64,000 nt of DNA from an uncultured Collinsella sp. (GCA_902466855.1 CABQSP010000001.1:45783-109782); one strand, 5' to 3'; shown: positions 8,748 to 18,811, counted from the stretch's first letter. The notes: generated by a model not told the origin, from the sequence alone. Numbers and translations are program-made.

Positions 8748-10079
8748 ATGAAGTACTTTGGCACCGACGGCTTTCGCGGTGAGGCCAACGTTGGGCTGAC
8801 GGTAGAGCACGCTTATAAGATTGGCCGTTTTGTGGGCTGGTATTACGGCGCCAACCGCGAGCGCAAGGCACGCGTCATCGTGGGCAAGGACACGCGTCGC
8901 TCGAGTTATATGTTCGAGGCGGCGCTGGTGAGCGGTCTGGTCGCGAGCGGTGCGGACGCCTATATGCTGCACGTGATCCCCACGCCGGGCGTGGCGCATC
9001 AGACCGTGGAGGGCTGCTTCGATTGCGGCATCATGATCAGCGCGAGCCACAACCCGTTTTGCGATAACGGCATTAAGCTCGTCAACAGCGACGGCTTTAA
9101 GATGGACGAGGACGTACTGGAGCTCATCGAGGACTACATCGATGGCAAGAGCGAGGTGCCGCTGGCCACGGGCAACCACATCGGCGCCACGGTGGACTAC
9201 ATGCAGGGCCGCAACCGCTACATTGCTTCGCTCATCGCCAGCGTGAACTTTTCGCTGCAGGGCGTCAAGATCGGTATCGACTGCGCCAACGGCTCGGCTT
9301 CCTCGGTGGCCAAGCCGGTGTTCGACGCGCTGGGCGCTGACGTGCGCGTGATCAACGCCGCGCCCGATGGTTTTAACATCAACGTCGACTGCGGCTCCAC
9401 GCATATGGAGCGTCTGCAGCGCCATGTGGTGGAGCAGGGCCTGGACGTGGGTTTTGCCTACGACGGCGATGCCGACCGCTGCCTGGCCGTGGATGAGCGC
9501 GGTCGCGTGGTAGACGGCGACCAGATCCTGTACGTGTGCGGCGTGTATCTGAACAAGCACGGGCGACTCTCGGGCGGTACCGTGGTGCCGACGATTGCCA
9601 GCAACTTTGGCCTGGTCAAGTCGCTGGAGCTTGCCGGTCTGAGCGCCGTGACCAGCGGCGTGGGCGACCGCCACGTGTATGCCAAGATGCGCGAGGGCGG
9701 CTACAGCCTGGGTGGCGAGCAGACGGGCCATACAATCTTTGGCGATATCGAGCGCACGGGCGACGGCATTATGACCTCGCTGCGCGTGATGGAAGTGATT
9801 CGTGCCGAGCGCGAGACGCTCTCGCAGCTCACGGCTCCGTGCAAGCTGCTGCCGCAGGCGCAGGTGGCCGTGCACGTGGCGGACAAGGACGCCGCGCTCG
9901 AGAACATGGGCGTGCAGAACGCCATCGCCGAGGCCGAGGCTGCGCTGGCAGGCGAGGGCCGCGTGCTCGTGCGCAAGAGCGGAACCGAGTCGGTGATTCG
10001 CGTGCTGGCCGAGGCTCCGGACCAATCGGCCGCCGACGCCGCCATGAAGCGTATCGCAAGTGCTCTGGAGGCTCTGTAA
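8748..10079 (+). CDS. glmM: Phosphoglucosamine mutase
   Basis: 'MKYFGTDGFRG' N-terminus. The active-site Ser loop 'SASHNP' is present. RBS 'aaggagag' lies upstream. Confidence 0.95.
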   Translation: MKYFGTDGFRGEANVGLTVEHAYKIGRFVGWYYGANRERKARVIVGKDTRRSSYMFEAALVSGLVASGADAYMLHVIPTPGVAHQTVEGCFDCGIMISASHNPFCDNGIKLVNSDGFKMDEDVLELIEDYIDGKSEVPLATGNHIGATVDYMQGRNRYIASLIASVNFSLQGVKIGIDCANGSASSVAKPVFDALGADVRVINAAPDGFNINVDCGSTHMERLQRHVVEQGLDVGFAYDGDADRCLAVDERGRVVDGDQILYVCGVYLNKHGRLSGGTVVPTIASNFGLVKSLELAGLSAVTSGVGDRHVYAKMREGGYSLGGEQTGHTIFGDIERTGDGIMTSLRVMEVIRAERETLSQLTAPCKLLPQAQVAVHVADKDAALENMGVQNAIAEAEAALAGEGRVLVRKSGTESVIRVLAEAPDQSAADAAMKRIASALEAL

Positions 10080-10117
10080 GGTAGTCATTGGGGACGTTCT
10101 TAAACAACTAGGTGGAA

Positions 10118-10153
10118 AGGGGGCGCCGCGGATTGGTTCCGCGGCGTCCCCTT
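10118..10153. terminator. Bidirectional terminator between glmM (+) and M32 peptidase (-)
   Basis: A 13-bp GC stem, 'gggggcgccgcgg...ccgcggcgtcccc', is flanked by an A-run and a T-run. Confidence 0.7.
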
Positions 10154-10176
10154 TGCGTTGACGTGTCGGTTATGCC

Positions 10177-11796
10177 TTACAGCTCGTAGAGCGTGGTGAA
10201 CTTGTCCTGCAGGTAGCTGCAGTAGTAGCGGGCATCGAACGCCATGCCGCATGCGCCCTTGATGAGTTCCGGCGCGTCCTTGGCGCGGCCCCACTGCCAA
10301 ATGTGCTCGCCCAGCCAGGCGCGGACGGGCGCCAGATCGCCGCTCGCACAGGCGCCATTGAGGTCGACGCCGTCGCGGCACATGGCCGGCACAAACATGG
10401 CATCGTAGGCGCTACCCAGCGCATACGTGGGGAAGTAGCCAAACGAGCCGCCGCTCCAGTGCGTATCTTGCAGGCAGCCGCGTGTGTCGTCGGGAACGGG
10501 AATGCCCAGGTACTCGTCCATAAAGCGATTCCAAAGCGCGGGGATGTCCTTGGCCGTGGCCTCGCCGGCAAACAGCATGCGCTCAATCTCGTAACGCACC
10601 ATGATATGCAGCGGGTAGGTGAGCTCGTCGGCCTCGGTACGGATCAGCGACGGCTGAGCGATGTTCACGGCGCGGTAGAGCGTGTCCTCGTCCACGTTGC
10701 CGTAGACCTCGGGCGCGTGGCGGCGCAGCACCTCGAGCAGCGGTCCCATAAAGGCGCGGCTGCGGCCCACGGTGTTCTCGAAAAAGCGGCTCTGGCTCTC
10801 GTGGATGCCCATGGAGGTGCCGCCCTCCAGGCACGTGCGCGCGTAGGCGGGGTTCACGCCCAGCTCGTACATGGCGTGGCCGGCCTCGTGGATGATGCTG
10901 TAGACGTTGGAGATGCAATCGTCCTCGTAGATGTGCGTGGCGATGCGCGCGTCGCCCACCGAGAAGCCCTCGCTAAACGGATGCTCGGTAAAGGCAAGCG
11001 TGGTGTCGTCCAGGTCCAGGCCGACGAGTTTCATCAGGTCGAAGCTCATGGCGCGCTGGGCGGCCTCGGGCACGCGGGCGTGCAAAAAGTCTGCAGCGGG
11101 CTGCTGGCCGCGCTCGCCGATGGCGTGCACGAGCGGCACGACCGTGGCCTTAACCTCGTCGCAAAACGCATCGAAGCTCTCGGTGGAAAGGCCGCGCTCG
11201 TACTGGTCGAGCCACACGTCGTATGGGTCGCGCTTGGGGTTCATGAGCTCGGCCTGATGCTTGAGCTGGCTGACGATTTTGTCCACATAGGGCTCAAAGC
11301 TCGCCCAGTCGTTGGCCGCTTTGGCCTTGTGCCACACGGCGTCGGCCTCGCAGGTGAGCCTGGTCCAGGCCTCGGCCTCCTCGGTGGGGATGACGCTTGC
11401 CTCGCGCTGGTCGCGGCCGAGCACGCGAATCTCGTCAAGCAGCTGCGGGTCGTCGATCTTTCCGCCGGTGACGGTCTCGCGTGCCAGCGAACGTACAAGT
11501 TCGACAGACTTTTCGCTGGTCAGGAGCTTATGGTGCTCGCCGGCAAGGGTGCCCATGGCGTCGGCACGGGCGGCGGCACCGTTGGCGGGAGCAATGGTCG
11601 CGCCGTCAAACTCGGCAATCTTGAGCAGGTACTCGCGGGTCCACAGTTTGCCTTCGAGCTTGCGGAATTTTTTGACGGCCTTATCGACCTTCATGCCTTT
11701 GGGCGTCTTGCCCGCTGCGGGCTTGGCCTTCTTATCGTGCTTCTTTTCCATACCATATCCTTGATCTCGCGAGCCGAACGCCACGGCTGGGCGCAC
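10177..11796 (-). CDS. M32 carboxypeptidase (carboxypeptidase Taq family metallopeptidase)
   Basis: 'HEAGHAMYE' is the HEXXH motif. 'DTHWSGGSFGYFPTYALG' and 'IRTEADELTYPLH' are M32 family motifs. True start is possibly 'MEKKHDKK' (~11752). Confidence 0.85.
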   Translation of the reverse strand: MRPAVAFGSRDQGYGMEKKHDKKAKPAAGKTPKGMKVDKAVKKFRKLEGKLWTREYLLKIAEFDGATIAPANGAAARADAMGTLAGEHHKLLTSEKSVELVRSLARETVTGGKIDDPQLLDEIRVLGRDQREASVIPTEEAEAWTRLTCEADAVWHKAKAANDWASFEPYVDKIVSQLKHQAELMNPKRDPYDVWLDQYERGLSTESFDAFCDEVKATVVPLVHAIGERGQQPAADFLHARVPEAAQRAMSFDLMKLVGLDLDDTTLAFTEHPFSEGFSVGDARIATHIYEDDCISNVYSIIHEAGHAMYELGVNPAYARTCLEGGTSMGIHESQSRFFENTVGRSRAFMGPLLEVLRRHAPEVYGNVDEDTLYRAVNIAQPSLIRTEADELTYPLHIMVRYEIERMLFAGEATAKDIPALWNRFMDEYLGIPVPDDTRGCLQDTHWSGGSFGYFPTYALGSAYDAMFVPAMCRDGVDLNGACASGDLAPVRAWLGEHIWQWGRAKDAPELIKGACGMAFDARYYCSYLQDKFTTLYEL

Positions 11797-11884
11797 GGCC
11801 AGTTTGCACAGCTACCTGCCTTGTACCCAGCACGAACAAAACGGAACGCGGCGATACGCCCACACAATGTGGTATCCTATAGCC

Positions 11885-12170
11885 CAATGCGTTGACGGAG
11901 AGGGTTTTGCCCGCCGCGTCGCCGGCAAGAGAGGGAAGGTCATGGGCTGCAAGCCTTCCTGCGGTGACAAGGGCCAAGCGTTCACTCCCGAGCAGCGACC
12001 TCAACGGGCACGCGGCCAGCGGCGGCGAAGCCCCAGTAGGGAAGCCGTGAGCCTCGCGACAAGGGGCAAAGAGTGGGCGCGGCGGGCCAGACATCCGCCG
12101 GGTCAAACAAGGTGGTACCGCGGAATTCAACCGTCCTTGGGCAATGCACATGCCCGAGGGCGGTTTTTTG
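11885..12170 (+). promoter_or_regulatory. T-box leader (tRNA-Phe responsive) preceding pheST
   Basis: T-box sequence 'AAACAAGGTGGTACCGCGG' at 12105..12123. Terminator: stem 'ccgtccttgggc', loop 'aatgcacat', stem 'gcccgagggcgg', then 'tttttt' (12131..12169). A GA-motif-like 'tgacggagag' lies near 11893. Candidate specifier UUC sits in 'gcgTTCAct' or 'gccTTCctg'. Confidence 0.7.
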
Positions 12171-12255
12171 TTACCGAACCGGGCCGCGTTTTCGCAACGT
12201 CAGACGGCGGCAGCCGCCTCGGCAAGCGGGGAGCGCGAGAGACGAAAGGGAAGAC

Positions 12256-13332
12256 ATGAGTCTGATTGATGATCTGGTCAAACTCGAGGAAGAGGCCAAG
12301 GAGCTCGTCGCGGGCGCCGACGACGCCGCAAAGCTCGAGGCCGCGCGCGTTGAGCTGCTCGGCCGCAAGGGCCGCATCACTGGCCTGATGCGCATGATGG
12401 GCAAGCTCGCCCCCGAGGATCGTCCCATGATGGGCAAGCGCGCCAACGAGATGCGCCAGCTGATTGAGGGCATGCTCGACGAGCGCACCACCGAGATGAA
12501 GGCCGCCGCCCTCAAGCACACACTCGAGCACGAGGCCGTCGATATCACGCTGCCGGGCATCCGTCCGCAGATCGGTCACCAGCACCTGATCAAGCAGATC
12601 ATCGAGGAGGCCGAGGACATCTTCTGCGGCATCGGCTACACCGTCGAGTCCGGTCCCATGGTCGACACCTCCTACTACAACTTCACCGCGCTCAACGCCC
12701 CCATGGATCACCCGAGCCGCTCGGCCCGCGACACCTTCTACGTGGTCGACAACAACCCCGGCAGCGTCGCACACCCCGAGGCTCACGCTCACGGCGAGTC
12801 CGACGTGCTGCTGCGCACCCAGACCTCGGGCGTGCAGATCCACACCATGGAGTCGCAGAAGCCGCCCATCTACATGATCTGCCCGGGCACCGTCTATCGT
12901 CCCGACACGGCCGACGCCTGCCACCTGCCGCAGTTCAACCAGATCGAGGGCCTGGTCGTCGACGAGGGCATCACCTTTGGCGACCTCAAGGGCACGCTCG
13001 ACTACTTTGTTAAGTGCATGTTTGGCGAGGATCGCAAGACGCGTTACCGCCCGCACTTCTTCCCCTTCACCGAGCCTTCCTGCGAGGTGGACGTGAGCTG
13101 CCACGTGTGCGGCGGCAAGGGCTGCAACTTCTGCAAGCACAGCGGCTGGATCGAGATCCTGGGCTGCGGCATGGTCGACCCCAACGTCCTGATCAACTGC
13201 GGTATCGACCCCGAGAAGTACACCGGCTTCGCCTTCGGTATTGGCGCCGAGCGCGTCGCGGCCCTACGCTACGACCTGCCGGACCTGCGCACGTTGATGA
13301 CGGGCGACATGAGGTTCTTGAACCAGTTCTAG
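12256..13332 (+). CDS. pheS: Phenylalanine--tRNA ligase alpha subunit
   Basis: 'MSLIDDLVKLEEEAKE' N-terminus preceded by RBS 'aaagggaaga'. Class II motifs are present. The track ORF is extended upstream across the leader. Confidence 0.95.
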   Translation: MSLIDDLVKLEEEAKELVAGADDAAKLEAARVELLGRKGRITGLMRMMGKLAPEDRPMMGKRANEMRQLIEGMLDERTTEMKAAALKHTLEHEAVDITLPGIRPQIGHQHLIKQIIEEAEDIFCGIGYTVESGPMVDTSYYNFTALNAPMDHPSRSARDTFYVVDNNPGSVAHPEAHAHGESDVLLRTQTSGVQIHTMESQKPPIYMICPGTVYRPDTADACHLPQFNQIEGLVVDEGITFGDLKGTLDYFVKCMFGEDRKTRYRPHFFPFTEPSCEVDVSCHVCGGKGCNFCKHSGWIEILGCGMVDPNVLINCGIDPEKYTGFAFGIGAERVAALRYDLPDLRTLMTGDMRFLNQF

Positions 13333-13395
13333 AACGCTTTCTTCTTAGTTGCAGTTTCCGGCTCAAAGCCGCATTTATGAAAGGAGACCAGTTAT

Positions 13396-15849
13396 ATGCG
13401 TGTTTCTTACGACTGGCTCAAGACCATGATCGATATTCCGGAGGATCCCAAGACCCTTTCGGACGAATACATCCGTACCGGCACCGAGGTCGAGGCGATC
13501 GACACCGTGGGCGAGTCCTTCGACCACGTGGTGACTGCCAAGGTGCTTACCAAGACCCCGCACCCCGACAGCGACCATATGTATGTGTGCTCGGTCGACG
13601 TGGGCGACAAGAATCTCGACGCCGACGGCAACCCCGCCCCGCTGCAGATCGTCTGCGGCGCGCAGAACTTCGAGGCCGGCGACCACATCGTCACGGCAAT
13701 GATCGGCGCCGTGCTTCCCGGCGACGTCAAGATCAAGAAGAGCAAGCTTCGCGGCGTCGTGTCCATGGGCATGAACTGCTCTGCGCGCGAGCTCGGCCTG
13801 GGCGGCGACCACTCCGGCATCATGATCCTGCCCGAGGATACGCCCTGCGGCATGCCGTTTGCCGAGTACGTGGGCTCGAGTGACACCGTGCTCGACTGCG
13901 AGATCACGCCCAACCGTCCCGATTGCCTGTCCATGATCGGCATGGCCCGCGAGACCGGCGCCATTTTCGACCGCGATTTCCACGTTGAGCTGCCCGCTAT
14001 CAAGGCGGAGACCGGCCGCGCGACCGACGACGAGCTTTCCGTCGAGATTGCCGACGAGGGCCTGTGCGACCGCTACGTCGCCCGCATCGTGCGCAACGTG
14101 AAGGTCGGCCCGTCGCCCGACTGGATGGTCAAGCGTCTCAACGCCCTGGGCGTGCGCCCGCACAACAACATCGTCGACATCACTAACTATGTGATGATGC
14201 TCACCGGTCAGCCGCTGCACGCCTTTGACCTGGACACCTTTGCCGAGCGTGATGGCCATCGCCGCGTGGTGGTTCGCGCCGCCCAGCAGGACGAGAAGTT
14301 TACGACGCTCGACGGCGAGGAGCGCACGCTCGACGCCGGCATGGGCCTCATCACCGACGGCGAGCGTCCCGTGGCGCTGGCCGGCGTTATGGGCGGCATG
14401 GATTCCGAGATCGAGGACGATACCGTCGATGTGATGGTCGAGAGCGCCTGCTTCAACGCCGGTCGCACCTCGCACACCAGCCGCGACCTGTCGCTGATCT
14501 CCGATGCCTCCATTCGCTTTGAGCGTCAGGTCGATGAGACCGGTTGCGTGGATGTTGCCAACGTTACCTGCGCGCTGATCGAGGAGATCGCCGGCGGCGA
14601 GGTTGCTCCCGGCTATGTGGACGTGTTCCCCGCGCCCAAGACCATCGACAGCATTAAGCTGCGCCTGGCCCGCGTGCGTGCCATCTGCGGTGCCGACATC
14701 GAGCCCGACTTTATCGAGCGTTCGCTCACCCGCCTGGGCTGCACCGTCGAGCGCGACGGCGAGGACTTCATGGTCACCCCGCCGAGCTTCCGTCCCGACC
14801 TGCCGCGTGAGATCGACCTGATCGAGGAGGTCCTGCGCCTATGGGGCATGGGCCGCGTTACGGCGACCATCCCGGCTGCCAAGAACCACATCGGCGGCCT
14901 GACCCGCGAGCAGAAGCTCACCCGTAAGGTCGGCGAGATCCTGCGCGCCTGCGGCCTCAACGAGACCACGACCTTTGGCTTTGCCGCCCCGGGCGACCTG
15001 GAGAAGATTGGTATGTCCACCGAGGGCCGCGGCTGCCCCGTGGTTCTCATGAACCCGCTGGTGGCCGAGCAGACCGAGATGCGCCGCTCGCTGCTGCCGG
15101 GTCTGCTGCAGTCTGTGGCCTACAACGAGGCCCACGGCACGCCCAACGTGCACCTGTACGAGGTCGGCAGCCTGTTCCATGGCCGCGAGAACGCCAGCCT
15201 GCCCAAGGAGACCAAGTCCGTGGCGGGCGTGCTCTCGGGCCAGTGGAGCGAGCAGTCCTGGAACATGAAGTACCGTAAGCTGCGCTTCTTCTTTGGCAAG
15301 GGCATTGTCGAGGAGCTGCTTGCTCAGCTGCGCATCGAGAAGGTTCGCTTCCGTCCCGTCGAGGGCGAGGGCTATGCCTTCTTGCAGCCGGGTCGCGCCG
15401 CCGAGGTTCTGTCCGGCGGTACCGTGCTGGGCTGGGTTGGCGAGATTCACCCCGAGGCGCGCGAGGCTATGGGCATTGACGAGGTTGTCGTTGCCTTTGA
15501 GCTCGACCTGGACAAGCTGATCAAGGGCGCCCGCAACCAGGAGAACTACCGTGAGTTCTCGCAGTACCCGGCCGTTGAGCACGACCTTGCTATCGTGGTC
15601 GACAACACTGTGACCTGCGAGGATCTTGAGCGCCGTATTACCAGCGCCGGAGGCAAGCTGCTCGAGGATGTGCGTCTGTTCGACGTCTACCGCGATCCCA
15701 TCCGCATCGGAGCGGGCAAGAAGTCCATGGCCTTTGCGCTTACGTATCGCTCCGACGACCACACGCTTACCAGCGAAGAGGTCGAAAAGGCGCACCAGAA
15801 GATCGTTACCAAGGTGTGCAAGGGCGTAAACGGCGAGGTCCGCGGCTAG
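13396..15849 (+). CDS. pheT: Phenylalanine--tRNA ligase beta subunit
   Basis: 'MRVSYDWLKTMIDIPEDPKTLSDEY' is the canonical PheT N-terminus. Length 817 aa. Confidence 0.95.
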   Translation: MRVSYDWLKTMIDIPEDPKTLSDEYIRTGTEVEAIDTVGESFDHVVTAKVLTKTPHPDSDHMYVCSVDVGDKNLDADGNPAPLQIVCGAQNFEAGDHIVTAMIGAVLPGDVKIKKSKLRGVVSMGMNCSARELGLGGDHSGIMILPEDTPCGMPFAEYVGSSDTVLDCEITPNRPDCLSMIGMARETGAIFDRDFHVELPAIKAETGRATDDELSVEIADEGLCDRYVARIVRNVKVGPSPDWMVKRLNALGVRPHNNIVDITNYVMMLTGQPLHAFDLDTFAERDGHRRVVVRAAQQDEKFTTLDGEERTLDAGMGLITDGERPVALAGVMGGMDSEIEDDTVDVMVESACFNAGRTSHTSRDLSLISDASIRFERQVDETGCVDVANVTCALIEEIAGGEVAPGYVDVFPAPKTIDSIKLRLARVRAICGADIEPDFIERSLTRLGCTVERDGEDFMVTPPSFRPDLPREIDLIEEVLRLWGMGRVTATIPAAKNHIGGLTREQKLTRKVGEILRACGLNETTTFGFAAPGDLEKIGMSTEGRGCPVVLMNPLVAEQTEMRRSLLPGLLQSVAYNEAHGTPNVHLYEVGSLFHGRENASLPKETKSVAGVLSGQWSEQSWNMKYRKLRFFFGKGIVEELLAQLRIEKVRFRPVEGEGYAFLQPGRAAEVLSGGTVLGWVGEIHPEAREAMGIDEVVVAFELDLDKLIKGARNQENYREFSQYPAVEHDLAIVVDNTVTCEDLERRITSAGGKLLEDVRLFDVYRDPIRIGAGKKSMAFALTYRSDDHTLTSEEVEKAHQKIVTKVCKGVNGEVRG

Positions 15850-16009
15850 GTCCTGCGCCGGATATAGGCCAGCGTCGGCTGCCGCCGAGTCTTACGTGAC
15901 TGCTGTTTTCGGTATAAGGCACCGTTGAGCCTGCATATATGACACGCGCATTACATAACGGCGTGCTGCTTTGTCGGCAGTGCGCCGTTTTGCTATGATA
16001 GCCCGCGGC

Positions 16010-16037
16010 GTGTTACGAATCTGACATTACGTAACAC
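16010..16037. promoter_or_regulatory. Perfect 8-N12-8 palindrome GTGTTACG-N12-CGTAACAC upstream of cbiM: candidate operator
   Basis: Read directly. It lies ~60 bp upstream of the cbiM start. Confidence 0.35.
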
Positions 16038-16094
16038 TGGAAAGGTGATTCAAGCGGCGTTGCAATTCCGTGCGCCGATAACCGGGAGGCGTAC

Positions 16095-17180
16095 ATGCAC
16101 ATTCCAGATAATTATCTGTCCCCGCAGACCGATGCCGTCATGGCGGTGGCAATGGTGCCCGTCTGGGTTCACTGTATCAAGAAGGTGCGCGCCACGCTCG
16201 ATCGCGAGCACATGGCTTTCCTGGGCATCTGCGCCGCATTTTCCTTCTTGCTTATGATGTTCAACGTGCCGCTGCCCGGCGGCACCACTGGCCACGCCGT
16301 TGGTGGCGCACTCATCGCGCTGCTGCTGGGCCCCGAGGCCGCGGCTATCGCGGTTTCGGTCGCGCTGGCGCTGCAAGCGCTGCTGTTTGGCGACGGCGGC
16401 ATCCTGTCCTTTGGCGCTAACTGCTTTAACATGGCCTTCGTGTTGCCGTTTGCCGCAGCCATCGTGTTCCGCGCGCTTAACAGCCGTTTGCACGACAAGA
16501 GCTGGGGCACCTCGGTTTCGGCCATCGTAAGCGGCTGGGTCGGCCTGTGCCTGGCGGCCCTGTGCGCAGCAATCGAGTTTGGTATTCAGCCGATGCTTTT
16601 CACGAATGCTTCGGGCGCTCCGCTGTACTGCCCCTTCCCGCTGTCCATTGCCATTCCGGCCATGATGATCCCGCATATGTTGGTAGCCGGCGTGGTCGAG
16701 GGCGTGGCGACTGCCGCGATCTACGGCTTTATCAAGAAGACGGCGCCGAGCGTTATCGTCGGCCCCGAAGCCGCCGATGGACAGCTTGCTGCCGAGGGCG
16801 CTGCTGCAAAGAAGACCTCGCTGGTCCCCACGCTCATCTTGGTTGCCGTGCTTGTCGTGGCCACGCCGCTGGGCCTGCTGGCCACGGGTGACGCCTGGGG
16901 TGAGTGGGACGCCGAGGGCGCCGCGACCGCCGTTCAGGAGGCTGGCGACGACAGCCTGCAGGCTTCGGTCGGTCTCGACACCCCGACCTTTGCCGACGCT
17001 CTGCCTACGGGTGATTACCTGCAGGCCTATTCCGAGGAGCAGGGTCTCGGCTTTGCCGGTCAGGCTGCCATGTATATCCTGTCCGGCGTGATTGGCGTGG
17101 CGGTGCTCACCATCGCATTCCGTCTGATCTCGCTGACGGTCAAGGAAAGCGGAGCCCATGGCGATGGTCGAGCTGCCTAG
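16095..17180 (+). CDS. cbiM: ECF transporter substrate-capture component CbiM/NikM fused to a CbiN-like C-terminal two-TM module
   Basis: 'MHIPDNYLSP' is the metal-binding N-terminus of the CbiM/NikM family. The C-terminal ~100 aa carries two TM helices and an extracytoplasmic Asp/Glu-rich loop, like CbiN. Confidence 0.85.
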   Translation: MHIPDNYLSPQTDAVMAVAMVPVWVHCIKKVRATLDREHMAFLGICAAFSFLLMMFNVPLPGGTTGHAVGGALIALLLGPEAAAIAVSVALALQALLFGDGGILSFGANCFNMAFVLPFAAAIVFRALNSRLHDKSWGTSVSAIVSGWVGLCLAALCAAIEFGIQPMLFTNASGAPLYCPFPLSIAIPAMMIPHMLVAGVVEGVATAAIYGFIKKTAPSVIVGPEAADGQLAAEGAAAKKTSLVPTLILVAVLVVATPLGLLATGDAWGEWDAEGAATAVQEAGDDSLQASVGLDTPTFADALPTGDYLQAYSEEQGLGFAGQAAMYILSGVIGVAVLTIAFRLISLTVKESGAHGDGRAA

Positions 17181-17994
17181 CTGGCTTGCGGCCGAGGAGC
17201 GATACGAGCCCACGGGCGCTCGTCATCGCGTGATGCAAAAGAACGTCCTGCACCTGGCGAGCCTGCTTGAGCGGGTTCGCCTGGGTGGAGGCGCGCACGA
17301 GGGCGGGTCGATGGTCGACCGCGCCCTTTCTTGCGTTTCGGCTCCGGTGCGCCTGGTGGGGATATTCGTTTGCGTCCTGTGCGTGTGCCTGACACAAAGC
17401 CCGCTGTACCTCATGTTGATGGCGGCCATTGCGCTGGTGCTCGTTGCCGTGCGTCCCGTACGCGGGCTGCGCGCGACCTTTGTGCCGGCGCTTGGCGCCG
17501 CGGGGCTCGCAGTGGTTTTGGCGCTGCCTGCCCTGCTGCTAGGTGCTTCCGCTACGGGCGCCATGCTCAAGATTGCGCTCAAGACCTTCATTAATGTGTC
17601 GCTGGTGCTGGGCGTTTCGTGGACCCTCACGTGGAGCCGCATGTCGGCGGCGCTCAAGATGCTGCATCTACCCGACGAAGTTATCTTTACGTTTGATATG
17701 GCGCTCAAGCACATCGAGGTGCTGGGTCGTACGGCGCACGATCTGTGCGAATCGGTCATGCTGCGCAGCGTTGGCCGTGCGCCCGAGGGATTTTCGCGTA
17801 CCGATTCGATCGCGGGTATCATGGGCATGACCTTTATCAAGGCGATGAAATGCAGCCGCGCGATGGACGAGGCTATGCTTTGCCGCGGCTTTGCCGGTGC
17901 GTATCCGGCTCCCGCGCGCGCCAGGTTTGGCTGGCGCGATGCGGCCTATGCGGCCGGCGTGGCGCTGCTGACAGTGTTGTGCGCCGTGCTGTAG
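17158..17994 (+). CDS. cbiQ: ECF transporter transmembrane (T) component
   Basis: CbiQ-like TM protein. It overlaps the cbiM stop, which indicates translational coupling. Confidence 0.75.
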   Translation: MAMVELPSWLAAEERYEPTGARHRVMQKNVLHLASLLERVRLGGGAHEGGSMVDRALSCVSAPVRLVGIFVCVLCVCLTQSPLYLMLMAAIALVLVAVRPVRGLRATFVPALGAAGLAVVLALPALLLGASATGAMLKIALKTFINVSLVLGVSWTLTWSRMSAALKMLHLPDEVIFTFDMALKHIEVLGRTAHDLCESVMLRSVGRAPEGFSRTDSIAGIMGMTFIKAMKCSRAMDEAMLCRGFAGAYPAPARARFGWRDAAYAAGVALLTVLCAVL

Positions 17995-18022
17995 GCGCTG
18001 CTGGTTCCGACTGGGGATGTAA

Positions 18023-18811
18023 ATGGGGAAGGGCGACGTTTTGACGATCGATATGAATAGTGCGGCGGGCACGAACGGTGTGGGCGGCGCCGAGGTCGTT
18101 CCGCTCATCGAGCTGCGCGACGTGGTGTTCTCCTATGCGGGGCATACGGTTGTCGATGGCGTGTCGCTGCAGGTCGATCGTGGTGAACTCGTTGCCCTGC
18201 TCGGTCCCAACGGCTGCGGCAAGACGACGATTATGCGTCTTATTAACGGCCTTGAACTCGCGGACGCAGGGGCATACCTGTTTGACGAGCACGTGGTCGA
18301 TGCGGCGTATCTGAAGGATTCTGCTGCTGCTCAGAAGTTCCACCAGCGCGTGGGCTTCGTATTCCAAAACGCCGATGCCCAGCTGTTCTGCGCCACGGTG
18401 GGCGAGGAAGTTGCTTTTGGTCCCGCGCAGATGGGGCTGCCGGCAGACGAGCTCGAGCGCCGCGTGCGCGATGCCATGGGGCTGTTCCAGGTTGCCGACC
18501 TTGCCGACGCCTCTCCCTATCAGCTCTCGGGCGGGCAAAAGAAGCGTGTGGCGCTGGCGGCAGTTGTATCGATGAACCCCGATATCCTAGTGCTCGATGA
18601 GCCCACCAATGGGCTCGACGAGGATTCATGCGACATCGTGGTCAACTTCTTGCTGGCCTACGTCGCGGCGGGTAAGACGGTCTTGATGAGCACGCATCAC
18701 CAGGATTTGGTGCGACGCCTGGGTGCCCGTGCAATCTATATCGATCGATATCACCGTGTGGTCGAGACGCCTTCGCCGTCGTATGGAACCGAAAGCGGTA
18801 CTACGGACTAG
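18023..18811 (+). CDS. cbiO: ECF transporter ATPase component (start probably ~18053)
   Basis: Walker A motif 'GPNGCGKTT'. 'LSGGQKKRVALA' is the ABC signature. Walker B reads 'LVLDEPTNGLD'. Confidence 0.9.
   Translation: MGKGDVLTIDMNSAAGTNGVGGAEVVPLIELRDVVFSYAGHTVVDGVSLQVDRGELVALLGPNGCGKTTIMRLINGLELADAGAYLFDEHVVDAAYLKDSAAAQKFHQRVGFVFQNADAQLFCATVGEEVAFGPAQMGLPADELERRVRDAMGLFQVADLADASPYQLSGGQKKRVALAAVVSMNPDILVLDEPTNGLDEDSCDIVVNFLLAYVAAGKTVLMSTHHQDLVRRLGARAIYIDRYHRVVETPSPSYGTESGTTD

Noticed and set aside
15850-16094. Possible cobalamin (B12) riboswitch in the cbiM leader ('ggaaaggtgattcaagc', 'aattcc', 'cactgg' fragments)
   Set aside because: The order and spacing of the B12-box-like pieces do not match the riboswitch consensus (the 'CACUG'-like piece precedes the GGUG element). 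Without a covariance search this is not supportable, so only the palindrome is reported.
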